DNA of 64,000 nucleotides from an uncultured Poribacteria bacterium (GTDB lineage Bacteria; Poribacteria; WGA-4E; WGA-3G): contig OX639992.1 in the NCBI GenBank assembly GCA_951828515.1, positions 1,352,439 to 1,416,438 on the forward strand. Direction: 5' to 3'. The position numbers were made by a program, and so were the translations under genes. Numbering within the stretch: position 1 is the stretch's first letter; each line of letters begins with the position of its first letter. The notes beneath the pieces were generated by a model. That model saw only the letters and a program-made list of their open reading frames with translations, ran no database searches and was not told where the DNA came from. Below are positions 9,527-19,398 of this stretch, piece by piece.

Positions 9527-11008
9527 TTACCGTGACATCAACTTCCATAGAAGCACCGTGCCGTCGCCACTCCCACTCGCGAGTGTCCGCCCATCTGGGC
9601 TGAACGCGACTCGCCAAACCCGCCGCGAATGTCCCGCGAGGATCTTTATCCGCTCACCGGTATCCACATCCCAGAGGTGTACCGTATCGTTGTCGTTTCC
9701 ACTTGCCAATGTTCGCCCATCCGGACTGAATACCACGCTGAAAACTGTTCCCGCGAAAGGTGTGAACGTCACCCGATGCTTGCCAGTAACTACGTCCCAA
9801 AGGCAGATGGTCTCGTCCCCGCTCCCACTTGCGAGGGTCCTTCCATCGGGACTGAAGGTGACACTCCAAACCGTCCATGTATGCCCATTGAGTACTGTCT
9901 GATGCTTGCCTGTATCGGCATCCCAAAGGCGGATCGTTCCATCGTGGTGTCCACTTGCGAGGGTCTCTCCATCTGGACTGAAGGCGATACTCCTCACCAA
10001 ACCACTGTGTCCAAGGATCGTTTCCTTCTGTTCACCCGTCGCTGCGTCCCAGAGGTGGATGTTGCCTCCTCCACCACTAACGAGAGTGTTCCCATCCGGA
10101 CTAAATGCGATGCTATTGACAGGTCCGGGATGTCCTGTGAGTGTTTTCTTGTATTCGCCGGTTTCTGCGTTCCAGAGGTGGATATTCCCATCGTAATTTC
10201 CACTCGCGAAGATATGTTCAGAAGGGCTGAACACAATGCTAATGCTATTGTTACTTCCATCTCTTGTCAGCGTTTTCTTGTGCGAGCCCAGATCCGCATC
10301 CCACATTCGAACGGTCCCGTCATCACTGCTACTTACGAGGGTCCGTCCATCCGGACTGAATGCCATAGCATTAATCCAGCGCGTATGCCCAGTGAGTGTT
10401 TTCTTGTGTTCGCCAGTAGGTACATCCCAGACGTTAAGGGTACCATCACTATTGCCACTGACGACAACTTTTCCATCTGGGCTGAGTGCGACACTCGTAA
10501 TCCAGTTAATACCTTTTGCGAACGTCTGTTTCTGTTCTCCAGTGCCTGCGTCCCAGAGGCGGATCGTGCCATCACTGCTGCCAGTTGCGATCGTCTGTCC
10601 ATCTGAACTGAATACTACGTCGAATATCCCATTCGTATGCCCAGTGAGTGTTGCCTGACGCTCGCCGATGATAGTATCCCAGAGTTGAAGAATCTGACCG
10701 CCGCCAACCGCAAAGGTACGCCCATCCGGACTCAGCGACATGCAAGAAATTCCACCCATATTTCCCGTGAAGAGGACGACCTCTTGAAGCGTAACTGTAT
10801 CGTAGATCCAAATGCCGATCGTACTTGCTACTGCGAAAAACCTGTTGTCAGGAGAATACTGAATCTTATGGATTCCACCTTTACCAAGTCGCGCGATGGC
10901 ACCCGCCGGTAGCTCCCATTGCGCATAGTTTTGGGCGAAGGTGTTAGGCAGAAGTGCGATTGAGAAGAGAATAAGCGTTAGAAAGGTGGAGAATAGCCTA
11001 ATTTGCAT
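9527..11008 (-). CDS. Secreted WD40-repeat protein
   Basis: Signal peptide, WELPAGAIARLGKG, about 10 repeats of GH...V.FSPDG.TLASGS.DGTI.LWD. Confidence 0.92.
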   Translation of the reverse strand: MQIRLFSTFLTLILFSIALLPNTFAQNYAQWELPAGAIARLGKGGIHKIQYSPDNRFFAVASTIGIWIYDTVTLQEVVLFTGNMGGISCMSLSPDGRTFAVGGGQILQLWDTIIGERQATLTGHTNGIFDVVFSSDGQTIATGSSDGTIRLWDAGTGEQKQTFAKGINWITSVALSPDGKVVVSGNSDGTLNVWDVPTGEHKKTLTGHTRWINAMAFSPDGRTLVSSSDDGTVRMWDADLGSHKKTLTRDGSNNSISIVFSPSEHIFASGNYDGNIHLWNAETGEYKKTLTGHPGPVNSIAFSPDGNTLVSGGGGNIHLWDAATGEQKETILGHSGLVRSIAFSPDGETLASGHHDGTIRLWDADTGKHQTVLNGHTWTVWSVTFSPDGRTLASGSGDETICLWDVVTGKHRVTFTPFAGTVFSVVFSPDGRTLASGNDNDTVHLWDVDTGERIKILAGHSRRVWRVAFSPDGRTLASGSGDGTVLLWKLMSR

Positions 11009-11036
11009 TACCAAGGCTCTCCTTATTCACAACATT

Positions 11037-11774
11037 TTACACACGTGTATGTGTAAGGGGTTCCCAACCGAGCAAACGTTTCGCCTTTGAGAGGTTAATT
11101 TCCTTCTGTTCATGATCTCCGGCGATGAAGAAAGCATCAAATCCCTCGTGTTCAACCGAGATAGCGGCGAGATAGGCAGTCGCTAAATCTTCTTCATCCG
11201 TCCACCAGATATGGACCGATGAATCCTTGGGTTGTGCGTAACGTTCAAGCCACTGTTCACGTGTAGAGGGACCCGTGATTCGTAGGGCGATCAGGGACAT
11301 GCCGTGTTCTCGCGCAAAGTATTCGCAGACCTGCTCACCGAAGCCTTTGGTTAACCCATAGACCCCAGGATTATCGCGCGGCACGACATCCTCATACGGA
11401 AAATTGTTTCGCGTCCGCTCATGCACGGTGAAGGTGCTTGTGTAGACGGCATAGCGAATGCCTGCCTCTTTCGCTGCATGTAAGACGATATGCAGTCCCT
11501 TCGCGTTCACCTCATAGTTTGCGAGAATGTCGCTGAAATCTGCGACAGAGGACCGGTCGCTCGTCGGTTGCAGCATCACCATATAGACGAACGTGTCCAT
11601 CCCTTTCAACGCTTCCTGAACGATATTGGGGTCGGTAACGGAGCCTTGGATGTAATCAATAGATGGGTCTTTGGGCGGATTGAGGTCAAGGACGCGAAAA
11701 TTGTGATGACTCTTCATGTAAGGAAGCGTCATCGTCCCGACGTGTCCCGAACCCCCTACAAGTAAAACGTTCAT
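11037..11774 (-). CDS. NAD-dependent epimerase/dehydratase
   Basis: VLLVGGSGHVG and YGLTK (YxxxK). Confidence 0.88.
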   Translation of the reverse strand: MNVLLVGGSGHVGTMTLPYMKSHHNFRVLDLNPPKDPSIDYIQGSVTDPNIVQEALKGMDTFVYMVMLQPTSDRSSVADFSDILANYEVNAKGLHIVLHAAKEAGIRYAVYTSTFTVHERTRNNFPYEDVVPRDNPGVYGLTKGFGEQVCEYFAREHGMSLIALRITGPSTREQWLERYAQPKDSSVHIWWTDEEDLATAYLAAISVEHEGFDAFFIAGDHEQKEINLSKAKRLLGWEPLTHTRV

Positions 11775-11785
11775 TTTTAATTATA

Positions 11786-11955
11786 CCTTGCGGAGAAACA
11801 ACGTGAATTTGATCTTCCAAGCGTCTTTCTCTGGAGTCGCCCTCCACTACGTTACGGGCTTGCTGTTGTTTCCTACGCGAAACCGGTCTATAAAATTGTC
11901 CTGCAAACTCGGATGGGATCGTGACGGGCGAAAAGCTGATTATTAAAAAACTCTC
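11786..11955 (+). repeat. Family C intergenic repeat copy
   Basis: CCTTGCGGAGAAACAACGTG start and TTAAAAAAC end resemble the 6245 copy. Confidence 0.5.
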
Positions 11956-11978
11956 AACAACACTGATAAGATTCCATG

Positions 11979-12839
11979 CTATTCCTGATACGTATAAGCA
12001 CGGTGCTGAATCCGCAGATCGAAATCTTCCGCTGGATCCCATGTCGGCATCTCTGAAGGCACCTCGTAGTCAAACTGCTCGGTATCCGAGGAATATGGAT
12101 TCGTTCGGCGTTCATGGAGGGCGCGTTGATAGAGTTTGCAGCGTTGTGTCAAGAACTCCGTTTGCCACCATTTATAGCGTTCGTTCCATCGCGGTGTCCG
12201 CTGATCGAAGTAAATCACCCGACGCAGCGTACCGCTCGTGTTGATTTTACTGCCGTGCAAGACCTTGGTATGGTGGAGCAGAATGTCACCCGGTTCGACT
12301 TCTGCTGGCACTGCGTCCTCACGTTCAAAATTGGCTTCACCCCTGTCAATAACCTCCTGTGCCTCTTCAATCCCCCAGAGATGGCTCTTCGGGACTACCC
12401 AGACACACCCATTATCAACAGTGGAATCATCTATGTATATATCGATGTTAAAGATCGGATGATTCTCACGGATTGCATTGCCGTCTCGGTGCCATCGCAC
12501 AGAAGAACCGTGTTTCGGCAGTTTGAAGACTAAAGATTCATAGCATGGGATGAAATCGGGTCCGACGATCCGATGCAGCAGATCCCCAATGGACGGGTGT
12601 CCCAAGAGTCTCAGGGAGAACTCGTTCGGATGGGAGTGTAGATAGGTCAGGTAGTAAGGAATCCCTTCTGGACCCCGGTTGCACCATGGATCTGCCGGTC
12701 CACCCGCCAAAATCTCATCAATCAATCGTTGACTTTCGCGTTGTATAACGGCAAGTTCATCCGATTGGATTACACCTTTCAAGATGAGGTAGCCGTTATC
12801 ATTGAAGAATTGAATTTCGTTATCCGTAATTTTTCGCAT
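11979..12839 (-). CDS. Phytanoyl-CoA dioxygenase (PhyH) family protein
   Basis: FFNDNGYLI, WHRD, NGCVWVVPKSH, LHGS..N.S...RR. Start set at ATG 12839 after GGAGG. Confidence 0.88.
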   Translation of the reverse strand: MRKITDNEIQFFNDNGYLILKGVIQSDELAVIQRESQRLIDEILAGGPADPWCNRGPEGIPYYLTYLHSHPNEFSLRLLGHPSIGDLLHRIVGPDFIPCYESLVFKLPKHGSSVRWHRDGNAIRENHPIFNIDIYIDDSTVDNGCVWVVPKSHLWGIEEAQEVIDRGEANFEREDAVPAEVEPGDILLHHTKVLHGSKINTSGTLRRVIYFDQRTPRWNERYKWWQTEFLTQRCKLYQRALHERRTNPYSSDTEQFDYEVPSEMPTWDPAEDFDLRIQHRAYTYQE

Positions 12840-12864
12840 GTCTTTAACTTGAACCTCCTGGGCA

Positions 12865-13683
12865 TCATCCAATTTCACTAATCGCGATGTGCCACGCCGA
12901 AACGAACGCTTGGACAGATTGATATCTGGACCGCTTGTCTGGATTCGTCGCCTTTTTCGCGACGTGCCATAGCGCATCGTTCCCTTTCCAGTTGTCTCGC
13001 GAATCGCTGTTGTTGGCGAGTAACACGAACGCGGTCCGTCCTAACATAAAGACGTTTGTCCTTTCGTCGATATGCGCGCCTTTCTGAAATTCCTCCGGTG
13101 CCATGAATCGAGTTGAGCCGTACAATCGTCCGCGGTCGTTTATGAACGGTCCCGGATGGTAGCAGTCGAAATCGAACAGGTGTATCTGCTTTTTCTCAAA
13201 GTTATAGATAATACAGCCGTCGTAAAAGTCTTCAGCAATAAACCCTCGTTTTTCGATAAGGATATGGACATCATAGATGACGTTGAGGGCATCAATTATC
13301 TCAGTTGCTGGCAACGCACAAAACCTGTCACGCGGGTGGACTTCACCGGGACCCAGTTCCCTTTCAGGACGCAAACCCTCACCATCTACCCAATTGTAGA
13401 CCAGTGTGAAACCATCGGGCGTAGCGAAAGCATTGTGCAATCGAGGCAGTGCCTCATGCTGGACAGCGGCATGGAAATGAACGGCTTGCTTGAGACCTGT
13501 GATGGCTTGTGGTGTGTTGCCGTGTTTGACGAACCAATGCTCGTTGTCCACCAACACTCTCAATGATTGACATTTTGAATCGTGTTCCGGAAATCGATAC
13601 GTGATTTCGCCGACCTGCTTCAAGTACGCTTCGATATGTGTGTCAATTTCCGAATTTTCCAGAAGTGGATGCCGGGTGGGCAT
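12865..13683 (-). CDS. Ser/Thr protein kinase-like protein
   Basis: WFVKH, EDFYDGCIIY, LFDFD, GSTRFMAPEE, RY..V in the C-lobe. Confidence 0.75.
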   Translation of the reverse strand: MPTRHPLLENSEIDTHIEAYLKQVGEITYRFPEHDSKCQSLRVLVDNEHWFVKHGNTPQAITGLKQAVHFHAAVQHEALPRLHNAFATPDGFTLVYNWVDGEGLRPERELGPGEVHPRDRFCALPATEIIDALNVIYDVHILIEKRGFIAEDFYDGCIIYNFEKKQIHLFDFDCYHPGPFINDRGRLYGSTRFMAPEEFQKGAHIDERTNVFMLGRTAFVLLANNSDSRDNWKGNDALWHVAKKATNPDKRSRYQSVQAFVSAWHIAISEIG

Positions 13684-13886
13684 TTCGTTTGTCCTCATCA
13701 GGTGCGGCAAAACAGTCTCTCAACCACTTTGCGTCGGTTTTGTGGGGTTGCGATAAGAGTATACACCAAAGAATGAAAAAAGTCACGCTTTTTTCATCTA
13801 CGTTTCGGTTTGGAAACCCAAGTCTTTAGACTTGGGAGGAAAAACCGCCCTCGTGTGTGAGACCATAGCGTTTTTTTCAAAAACAC

Positions 13887-13915
13887 TTGACATTTTTCGT
13901 AAATTGTGGTTTAAT
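13887..13915 (+). promoter_or_regulatory. tnpB promoter
   Basis: TTGACA-17-TTTAAT with TG extension. Confidence 0.55.
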
Positions 13916-14018
13916 AGATGTATCACGTTGGAAACCGACATGTGAAGCACAACCGCTTGGTTGTGTGTCGGTTTCCTACCCACTTCACAGGGGTTAAAGA
14001 CGTGATACGTGAAATCCA

Positions 14019-15176
14019 ATGAAAAAAAAGCGAAAGCGAAAACAGAAAGGCGCTTGCAGAACGTATAAATATCAGATACGCGAACATCCGAAAAACGTGC
14101 GCTTGGGCAATATGCTTGACGACCTTGGCGATGTCCACAACCACTTCTTGGCACTGGAAAAACGGTATTACCGTATCTATGGTAAATACGCTGGCAGGTA
14201 TCGCTTGCAACCGCATTTGACGAAGTTGCTCGAAAGAACTCACAAGCATTGGGCATGGATACCCCGCGACACGCTTGACGCGGTGATTATTCGTATCCAC
14301 ATCACATACGACCGATTTTTTGACGGTCTTGGCGGACTGCCGAAGTTCAAACGCAAAGACCGCTATCGTTCTGCTAAGTTCCAGTCTGCCTATCAGCTTG
14401 AAGAAGGACGTGTCCGCATTTCGTTTAAGGCGTGGGATGAGTCCTCGCACTCCCTGAAATTCAACAAACGCTGGTTTTCTTTTCACCAACATCGCGAATG
14501 GAATGGAAATGTCCGGTATATCCAAATCCTTCGCGATTCGGTTGGCACTTACTGGCTCTATGTCATCACAGACGACTCCTCGACCGAACCCTATCTTGCT
14601 ACAGGTGAGAGCGTAGGGATAGATTTCGGGCTGGAGACGTATCTGACCCTGAATACCGGTGAGAAAATCGAACATCCGCAACCCTTGAAACAGTCCTTGA
14701 CCGAACTTCGGAAACTCAATAAAAGCCTTTCTCGTAAGGTCAAAGGTTCTCACAATTGGTGGCGTGCTGTCGGCGAACTCGCCCGTCTCTACCGGAAGAT
14801 AGCCAATCAACGCAAAGACTGGCACTACAAACGGGCGACGGACCTCTGCCGACGGTTTGATACCATTGTGGTCGAGACACTCAATCTTGAGGGAATGAAA
14901 CGGCTTTGGGGACGCAAAGTCTCTGACCTCGCCTTCTACCAGTTTGTTCAGATACTGAAGTTCAAGTGTTTCAAACATAAGCGTGAGTTCCTACAAATCG
15001 GACAGTGGACCCCGACAACAAAGCCTTGTTCGGAGTGCGGACATCATAACGAAAATCTTTCTCTTTCTGATAGGCAATGGACATGCCCCGCCTGTGGTTC
15101 CCACCACGACCGAGACGTAAACGCTGCAATGAACATCTTGAGGGCTGCCTTGGGTCCCTCTGTGGAGCAGATGTAA
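14019..15176 (+). CDS. tnpB: RNA-guided endonuclease TnpB
   Basis: RuvC motifs GIDFG (D), VVETL (E) and DRDVNAA (D). Zinc finger CSEC...CPAC. Confidence 0.93.
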   Translation: MKKKRKRKQKGACRTYKYQIREHPKNVRLGNMLDDLGDVHNHFLALEKRYYRIYGKYAGRYRLQPHLTKLLERTHKHWAWIPRDTLDAVIIRIHITYDRFFDGLGGLPKFKRKDRYRSAKFQSAYQLEEGRVRISFKAWDESSHSLKFNKRWFSFHQHREWNGNVRYIQILRDSVGTYWLYVITDDSSTEPYLATGESVGIDFGLETYLTLNTGEKIEHPQPLKQSLTELRKLNKSLSRKVKGSHNWWRAVGELARLYRKIANQRKDWHYKRATDLCRRFDTIVVETLNLEGMKRLWGRKVSDLAFYQFVQILKFKCFKHKREFLQIGQWTPTTKPCSECGHHNENLSLSDRQWTCPACGSHHDRDVNAAMNILRAALGPSVEQM

Positions 15177-15277
15177 GACGTTTTCTCGAAAACGCGAACT
15201 GCTACGAAGCACAAGCCCAACCCTTTAGGTTTGGGTGCCTTGACTGAGACTGTGCGCAAGTGGGTATTTACATCTAA

Positions 15278-15457
15278 ATTCAAGAAATCAAAACTGTCAA
15301 CGTCAAAATAAGCGAAACCGACAAACGATTAAGCCAAATCTTCTGGCTGGTAATTGCACTTATAGGGCTTATCGCCGTAACTATAGGTGTTCCACAATGG
15401 TTGAACAGCAAAGGATCGCGAACAGTCGGCGAATTTGTTCACTCGCGAACAGACTGA
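15278..15457 (+). pseudogene. 5'-truncated remnant of a small coiled-coil + TM protein
   Basis: Manual translation IQEIKTVNVKISETDKRLSQIFWLVIALIGLIAVTIGVPQW... has no start codon. Architecture resembles 26228-26587. Confidence 0.4.
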
Positions 15458-15510
15458 AGTGTCAACGTTATGTTTCTGCTCAAAGTCCGCAACGTTTTCG
15501 TATTCCTTCT

Positions 15511-15556
15511 TGCGAAATGCTGCGAAATATAGCGAAATGCTGCGAAATATAGCGAA
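15511..15556 (+). repeat. Five phased 10-bp direct repeats (T/A)GCGAAAT(GC/AT)
   Basis: tgcgaaatgc tgcgaaatat agcgaaatgc tgcgaaatat agcgaa. Confidence 0.8.
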
Positions 15557-15663
15557 GGAGGAGGAAGTCCACCTCAATGCGTATGAAGATATAAATTTGA
15601 GAAATATGCTATAATAGGATTCTACACCGAATAACAGTTTTCTAATGGAAATGGGATAAGCAC

Positions 15664-15972
15664 GTGGAATCCTACAATAATTGTGAATTTGACTGGGACG
15701 AAGACAAACATAGAGAAAATGTAGAAAAGCACCAAATTTCTTTTCACCAAGCAAGAACAGTATTTGGATCTCCTGATACACTATTAACTGAAAGCGATGA
15801 TTTACATTCACAATATGAACAAAGATATAAAACTATTGGATATTCTAAGAGAGGTAAATTGTTAACTGTTATCCATACAAACAGGAAAAATATAATTAGA
15901 ATAATCTCGGCTAGAAAATCAACTAAAGCAGAAAGGAAATATTACTATGGATATTTTGACGAATACCTATAA
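15664..15972 (+). CDS. BrnT family toxin
   Basis: FDWDEDK...N..KH.ISF..A..VF, EQRYKTIG, IRIISARK. Confidence 0.88.
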   Translation: MESYNNCEFDWDEDKHRENVEKHQISFHQARTVFGSPDTLLTESDDLHSQYEQRYKTIGYSKRGKLLTVIHTNRKNIIRIISARKSTKAERKYYYGYFDEYL

Positions 15973-16921
15973 TTTAGACAATCTAAAATGGGATAGTAAA
16001 TCAGTCAATGAATATAAAGGAAACCTTATAGAAATTGTAGATTCAATACCTTCTTTTGAAAGAAAACCCTTTAAAATAGGTAGATCAGAAAATAAAAATC
16101 TTGATGTAGTCGTAAATACTTCAGATGGTGGGATACCTATTGCCACAGTTTCTAAGTCATATTCTCTAGTCCAACATTTTGATATACTTCGATTTATTAG
16201 TATGGCATTTGAAAAGCTGAGATATAATATAGAAGAAACTGAATGCGATCTATATCTAACAGAATACGGCGAGCGTATGCTGTTAAGAATACAATTCTTG
16301 AGAGGGCATATATTTGATCCAGGAGATGGTCATCAATTAATACCTCAGTTACATGTTAGAAATTCTGTAGATGGAAATGATCCATTAAGCTTTGAGTTAT
16401 TCTGGTATAGACTGATTTGCAAAAACGGGCTTATGTGTTTGGACACAGAAAGCAGACTTAGTAAACGTCATACTAAATCTTTAAAGACTGAATTACTTAC
16501 TGGATATCTAAGTAAAAACACCTCAAAAATTCTGTCGGAAAAAGAAACGTATGCAAAATGGAAACAGAAAGAACTAAATGCGGATACAGATATAGAAATA
16601 CTACAGAATTGGATTGATACTATAGTATCTAATAGTTGGGGGCATAATTGTGCCGAGAGAGTATATAGTATTATAGAAACAGGACAAGATGTAAAAGTTA
16701 CAAGATTTAAAGATAAAACAACAGAAGAAAACGAAGATTCTTACATAATTAGAGTTTCTTTAGAAGGTGATGTACCGGGGGCGCAACCTGCAGAAAATAT
16801 CTACGATGTTGCCAATGCCCTTTCTTGGGTTTCATCTCATCAGAATTCGCTCCCAAAGCAGTATAAGATGATGCTACAAGTTCCAACAATGCTAAAGGAG
16901 CTTGAAAGTTCTCTTGGGTGA
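15947..16921 (+). CDS. DUF932/DUF945-like protein
   Basis: VSKSYSLVQH, RNSVDG, YRLICKNGL, NIYDVANALSW. AT-rich. Confidence 0.7.
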   Translation: MDILTNTYNLDNLKWDSKSVNEYKGNLIEIVDSIPSFERKPFKIGRSENKNLDVVVNTSDGGIPIATVSKSYSLVQHFDILRFISMAFEKLRYNIEETECDLYLTEYGERMLLRIQFLRGHIFDPGDGHQLIPQLHVRNSVDGNDPLSFELFWYRLICKNGLMCLDTESRLSKRHTKSLKTELLTGYLSKNTSKILSEKETYAKWKQKELNADTDIEILQNWIDTIVSNSWGHNCAERVYSIIETGQDVKVTRFKDKTTEENEDSYIIRVSLEGDVPGAQPAENIYDVANALSWVSSHQNSLPKQYKMMLQVPTMLKELESSLG

Positions 16922-17056
16922 TATAACCCATTTTGTTTCTCAAAAAGATAGCGCAGTTTTTCAGAGTAAATCTGATTGTATGCGTTCACGTAAGTTCTTC
17001 GTCTCCAGTATGCTATACTAAAGTTTAGAATTAATTAGACACTCCAAAGAGGCGAG

Positions 17057-17465
17057 TGTACTGCCACCGGAAATTTAGACCACTCTCTAATATAAGATTG
17101 TGCTACAATGACAATCTATTTGAAAGGAGCATTCCGATGGCGAAACGCAGAAGATTCACTGCTAAGTTTAAAGCAGAAGTTGTGCTTGAGACACTTACAG
17201 GTGCAAGTTCCCAAGCGGAACTGTGTCGACGCTATAACCTCAGCGAAAACCAAGTCTCAACATGGAAACGGAAACCACTTCTTGAAAATGTTGAAACCTT
17301 CTTTGAGTCGGCAGATAAGCCGTCAAGCGAGTCAGTGGAGCGGATCGCTCAACTTGAGTAACTCGTTGGCCGATTGACGCTGGCGTTGGAAATCCAAAAA
17401 AAGCATCAACATTGTTGGATTAACACCCTCTCAACAGCGACCTGTCGTTGAGACGTTGCGAAAGG
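17057..17465 (+). mobile_element. Truncated IS3-family copy (IRL + orfA with nonsense codon)
   Basis: TGTACTGCCACC IRL. MAKRRRFTAKFKAEVVLE from 17137 stops at TAA 17359-17361, while homology to the neighbouring orfA continues to about 17423. Confidence 0.8.
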
Positions 17466-17504
17466 TGAAGTGCCACCGTTTATTCAGACCACAATTTCGC
17501 AAAT

Positions 17505-18353
17505 TTAATCCAAGTTTTGTTTCTGAAATTCCATAGGTGTCAAATAGTCTAACGCCGAATGGGGGCGTTTTTGGTGATAGACGTGTTCAATAAAATGTCC
17601 AATACGATTTCTCGCTTCATGGATGTCTTCAGAGTCGTTGAGGTGAACTTCTTCCTCCTTGAGGGTTCGGATAAGTCTTTCAGCATATCCGTTCTCCCAA
17701 GGATGCCCGCGACGCGCCACCGAAATCTCAACACCATAATCCCTCAGCGTTGAGATATAGGTATTTGAAAGATATTGAACGCCTTGATCAGAATGATGGA
17801 TCTCCGGGACGCTTCGGTGTAATGCCTCTTTGAGGGGTTTGAGCGTCAGCGGTTGCGTCAAGTGCTGACTGATATGCCACCCTCTAATCATGCGCGTGAA
17901 GACATCCATGAGCAGAGCAACATACACGAACCTGCTTTTCAGATGGACATAGGTAATATCGCCCACCCAGACCTGATCACATCGTGAAACCTCAAGGGTC
18001 TCAACGCGATTCACCCACGGTCGCGGTTCGTCAAGCGATGTGGAGGTCTGACAGACACGCTTGACGGCGACTGACAGGTTCGCAGCTTTCATCAAGCGCG
18101 CAACACGTTTAGACCCAACGGCGTATCCCATCTGCCGTAGCAGCTGTGTGATACGCCTGTATCCATAAGTCGGATACCGCAGCGCCAACGCCTCTATTTC
18201 ATCACAGAGGATGTCTTCAGACGGGTCCTGCTTGGGTCGATAATAGAGGTTACTTCGGGTGAAACCCAGCACCTCACATATCTGTCGAACCGAATAATCC
18301 GTCCGGAGTGCCTCAACGATTTCTCGCTGCTCCGTCAGTTTTGGTCTAACCAC
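17505..18353 (-). CDS. IS3 transposase OrfB (rve, DDE)
   Basis: YGYRRIT, WVGDITY, HHSDQGVQY, ENGYAER, RPHSALDYLTP. Confidence 0.92.
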   Translation of the reverse strand: MVRPKLTEQREIVEALRTDYSVRQICEVLGFTRSNLYYRPKQDPSEDILCDEIEALALRYPTYGYRRITQLLRQMGYAVGSKRVARLMKAANLSVAVKRVCQTSTSLDEPRPWVNRVETLEVSRCDQVWVGDITYVHLKSRFVYVALLMDVFTRMIRGWHISQHLTQPLTLKPLKEALHRSVPEIHHSDQGVQYLSNTYISTLRDYGVEISVARRGHPWENGYAERLIRTLKEEEVHLNDSEDIHEARNRIGHFIEHVYHQKRPHSALDYLTPMEFQKQNLD

Positions 18354-18631
18354 GTCGCTGCTTTTTTTTGAATATCTAATGCCACAGTCAACCGCCCGAC
18401 GAGGTGTTCAAGGTGGGCGATCCGCTCAGCTGCCTCGCTGGACTGTTTCTCTGTGGACACAAACAGAGAGCCTACGTTTTCAACGACTTGCTGCTTCCAC
18501 TTAGAGAGTTGATCTTCACTCAGGTTGTGTCGACGACACACTTCTGCTTGGGAACTTTCACCACTAAGCGCCTCAAGAACAACTTGGCCTTTAAACTCAG
18601 GGGTGAAGTTTCTTCGTTTTCGTTTCGCCAT
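18335..18631 (-). CDS. IS3 transposase OrfA (HTH)
   Basis: RRNFTPEFKGQVVLEALSGE.S.AEVCRRHNL. Confidence 0.9.
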   Translation of the reverse strand: MAKRKRRNFTPEFKGQVVLEALSGESSQAEVCRRHNLSEDQLSKWKQQVVENVGSLFVSTEKQSSEAAERIAHLEHLVGRLTVALDIQKKAATWLDQN

Positions 18632-18709
18632 CGGGGCCTCCTTTCAAGTCGTGGAGATTATACCACAATCTTGGTTTAGGGAGTGGCCCGAATTTAGGGG
18701 GGCAGTACA

Positions 18710-18775
18710 TTCTCGTCTTTCCAAAGCTCGCTCATCTTCAGACATTTCGAGTTCATTCCACCATTCTGTGTGCAT
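18710..18775 (-). pseudogene. 5' stub of the 'MHTEWWNE' gene, cut by IS3
   Basis: 22 codons MHTEWWNELEMSEDERALERRE after AGGAGG, nearly identical in DNA to 26066-26131. Confidence 0.7.
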
Positions 18776-19268
18776 TGTCGAATCTCCTCCTATCAAGTGC
18801 GCTGTGTATTTCAGGCGTGAAAACGTATTTGAGTTTTAGCAGATTTTCAATATGCCATGCGTTGATGTCTTCTAAGACACGTTTATCGGAGTCAATGTCC
18901 CCTTCACACGATAGACCAATATAGGATCGTGCGATGTCGTTGCGGCGATACCATTCGAGTTCCCCACCAAACCGTGCTTTAATTTCGGATTCCCGTTCTT
19001 TGAGAACATCAAAAATCACTTTGTTTCTTTCACGATTATTAGACCAAAGCCCGAGCACCGTGAACGCTTGTCTACCTTGGTGATAAAAACCTGACAGGCT
19101 TCGCCTACGCCGAAAGCCTGGGACATAATAGATGTCTGTCGTGCCAGAATAGAATTGGTGAAAATGCCTTCCTTGTACAAGATGGGTATTAGGAAAGTTA
19201 TGTTGTTCCGAGAGTTCATCAATTAGTGCTTGAAAATAAAGGGTATACTTCTCCCCTCGATTCGTCAT
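18753..19268 (-). CDS. DUF4268-like domain protein
   Basis: NKVIFDVLKERESEIKARFGGELEW motif. AGGAG SD. Confidence 0.65.
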   Translation of the reverse strand: MTNRGEKYTLYFQALIDELSEQHNFPNTHLVQGRHFHQFYSGTTDIYYVPGFRRRRSLSGFYHQGRQAFTVLGLWSNNRERNKVIFDVLKERESEIKARFGGELEWYRRNDIARSYIGLSCEGDIDSDKRVLEDINAWHIENLLKLKYVFTPEIHSALDRRRFDNAHRMVE

Positions 19269-19376
19269 TGTTTTCTCCTATAAAAAACGCAATAAGTCGT
19301 TTTGGGATGGGTTAAATTAGATATAACATTTTGGCACTTGGATTTTCATTCGGAATTAGTCATTTTGGGCTTGTAA

Positions 19377-19398
19377 AAACTTTTTTCAAACTCACGTT
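19377..19398. repeat. Isolated IS982-type terminal repeat
   Basis: AAACTTTTTTCAAACTCACGTT matches the right end of the IS982 copy at 24166-24187. Confidence 0.7.

Larger units (their letters stand above)
13798..15244 (+). mobile_element. Non-autonomous IS200/IS605 (IS1341-group, tnpB only) element
   Basis: Left hairpin GAAA-CCCAAGTC-TTTA-GACTTGGG and right hairpin CAAG-CCCAACCC-TTTA-GGTTTGGG. Predicted cleavage sites are TCAT (13794-13797) and TGAC (15241-15244). No tnpA. Confidence 0.8.
17466..18709 (-). mobile_element. IS3-family insertion sequence
   Basis: TG...CA imperfect TIRs (TGAAGTGCCACCG / TGTACTGCCCCCC), orfA+orfB, A-run slippery site near 18361-18370. Confidence 0.88.

Noticed and set aside
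9629-10606. 325-aa plus-strand repetitive ORF
   Set aside because: Antisense shadow of the WD40 repeats.
13923-14978. 351-aa minus-strand ORF
   Set aside because: Antisense shadow of tnpB with no recognisable motifs.
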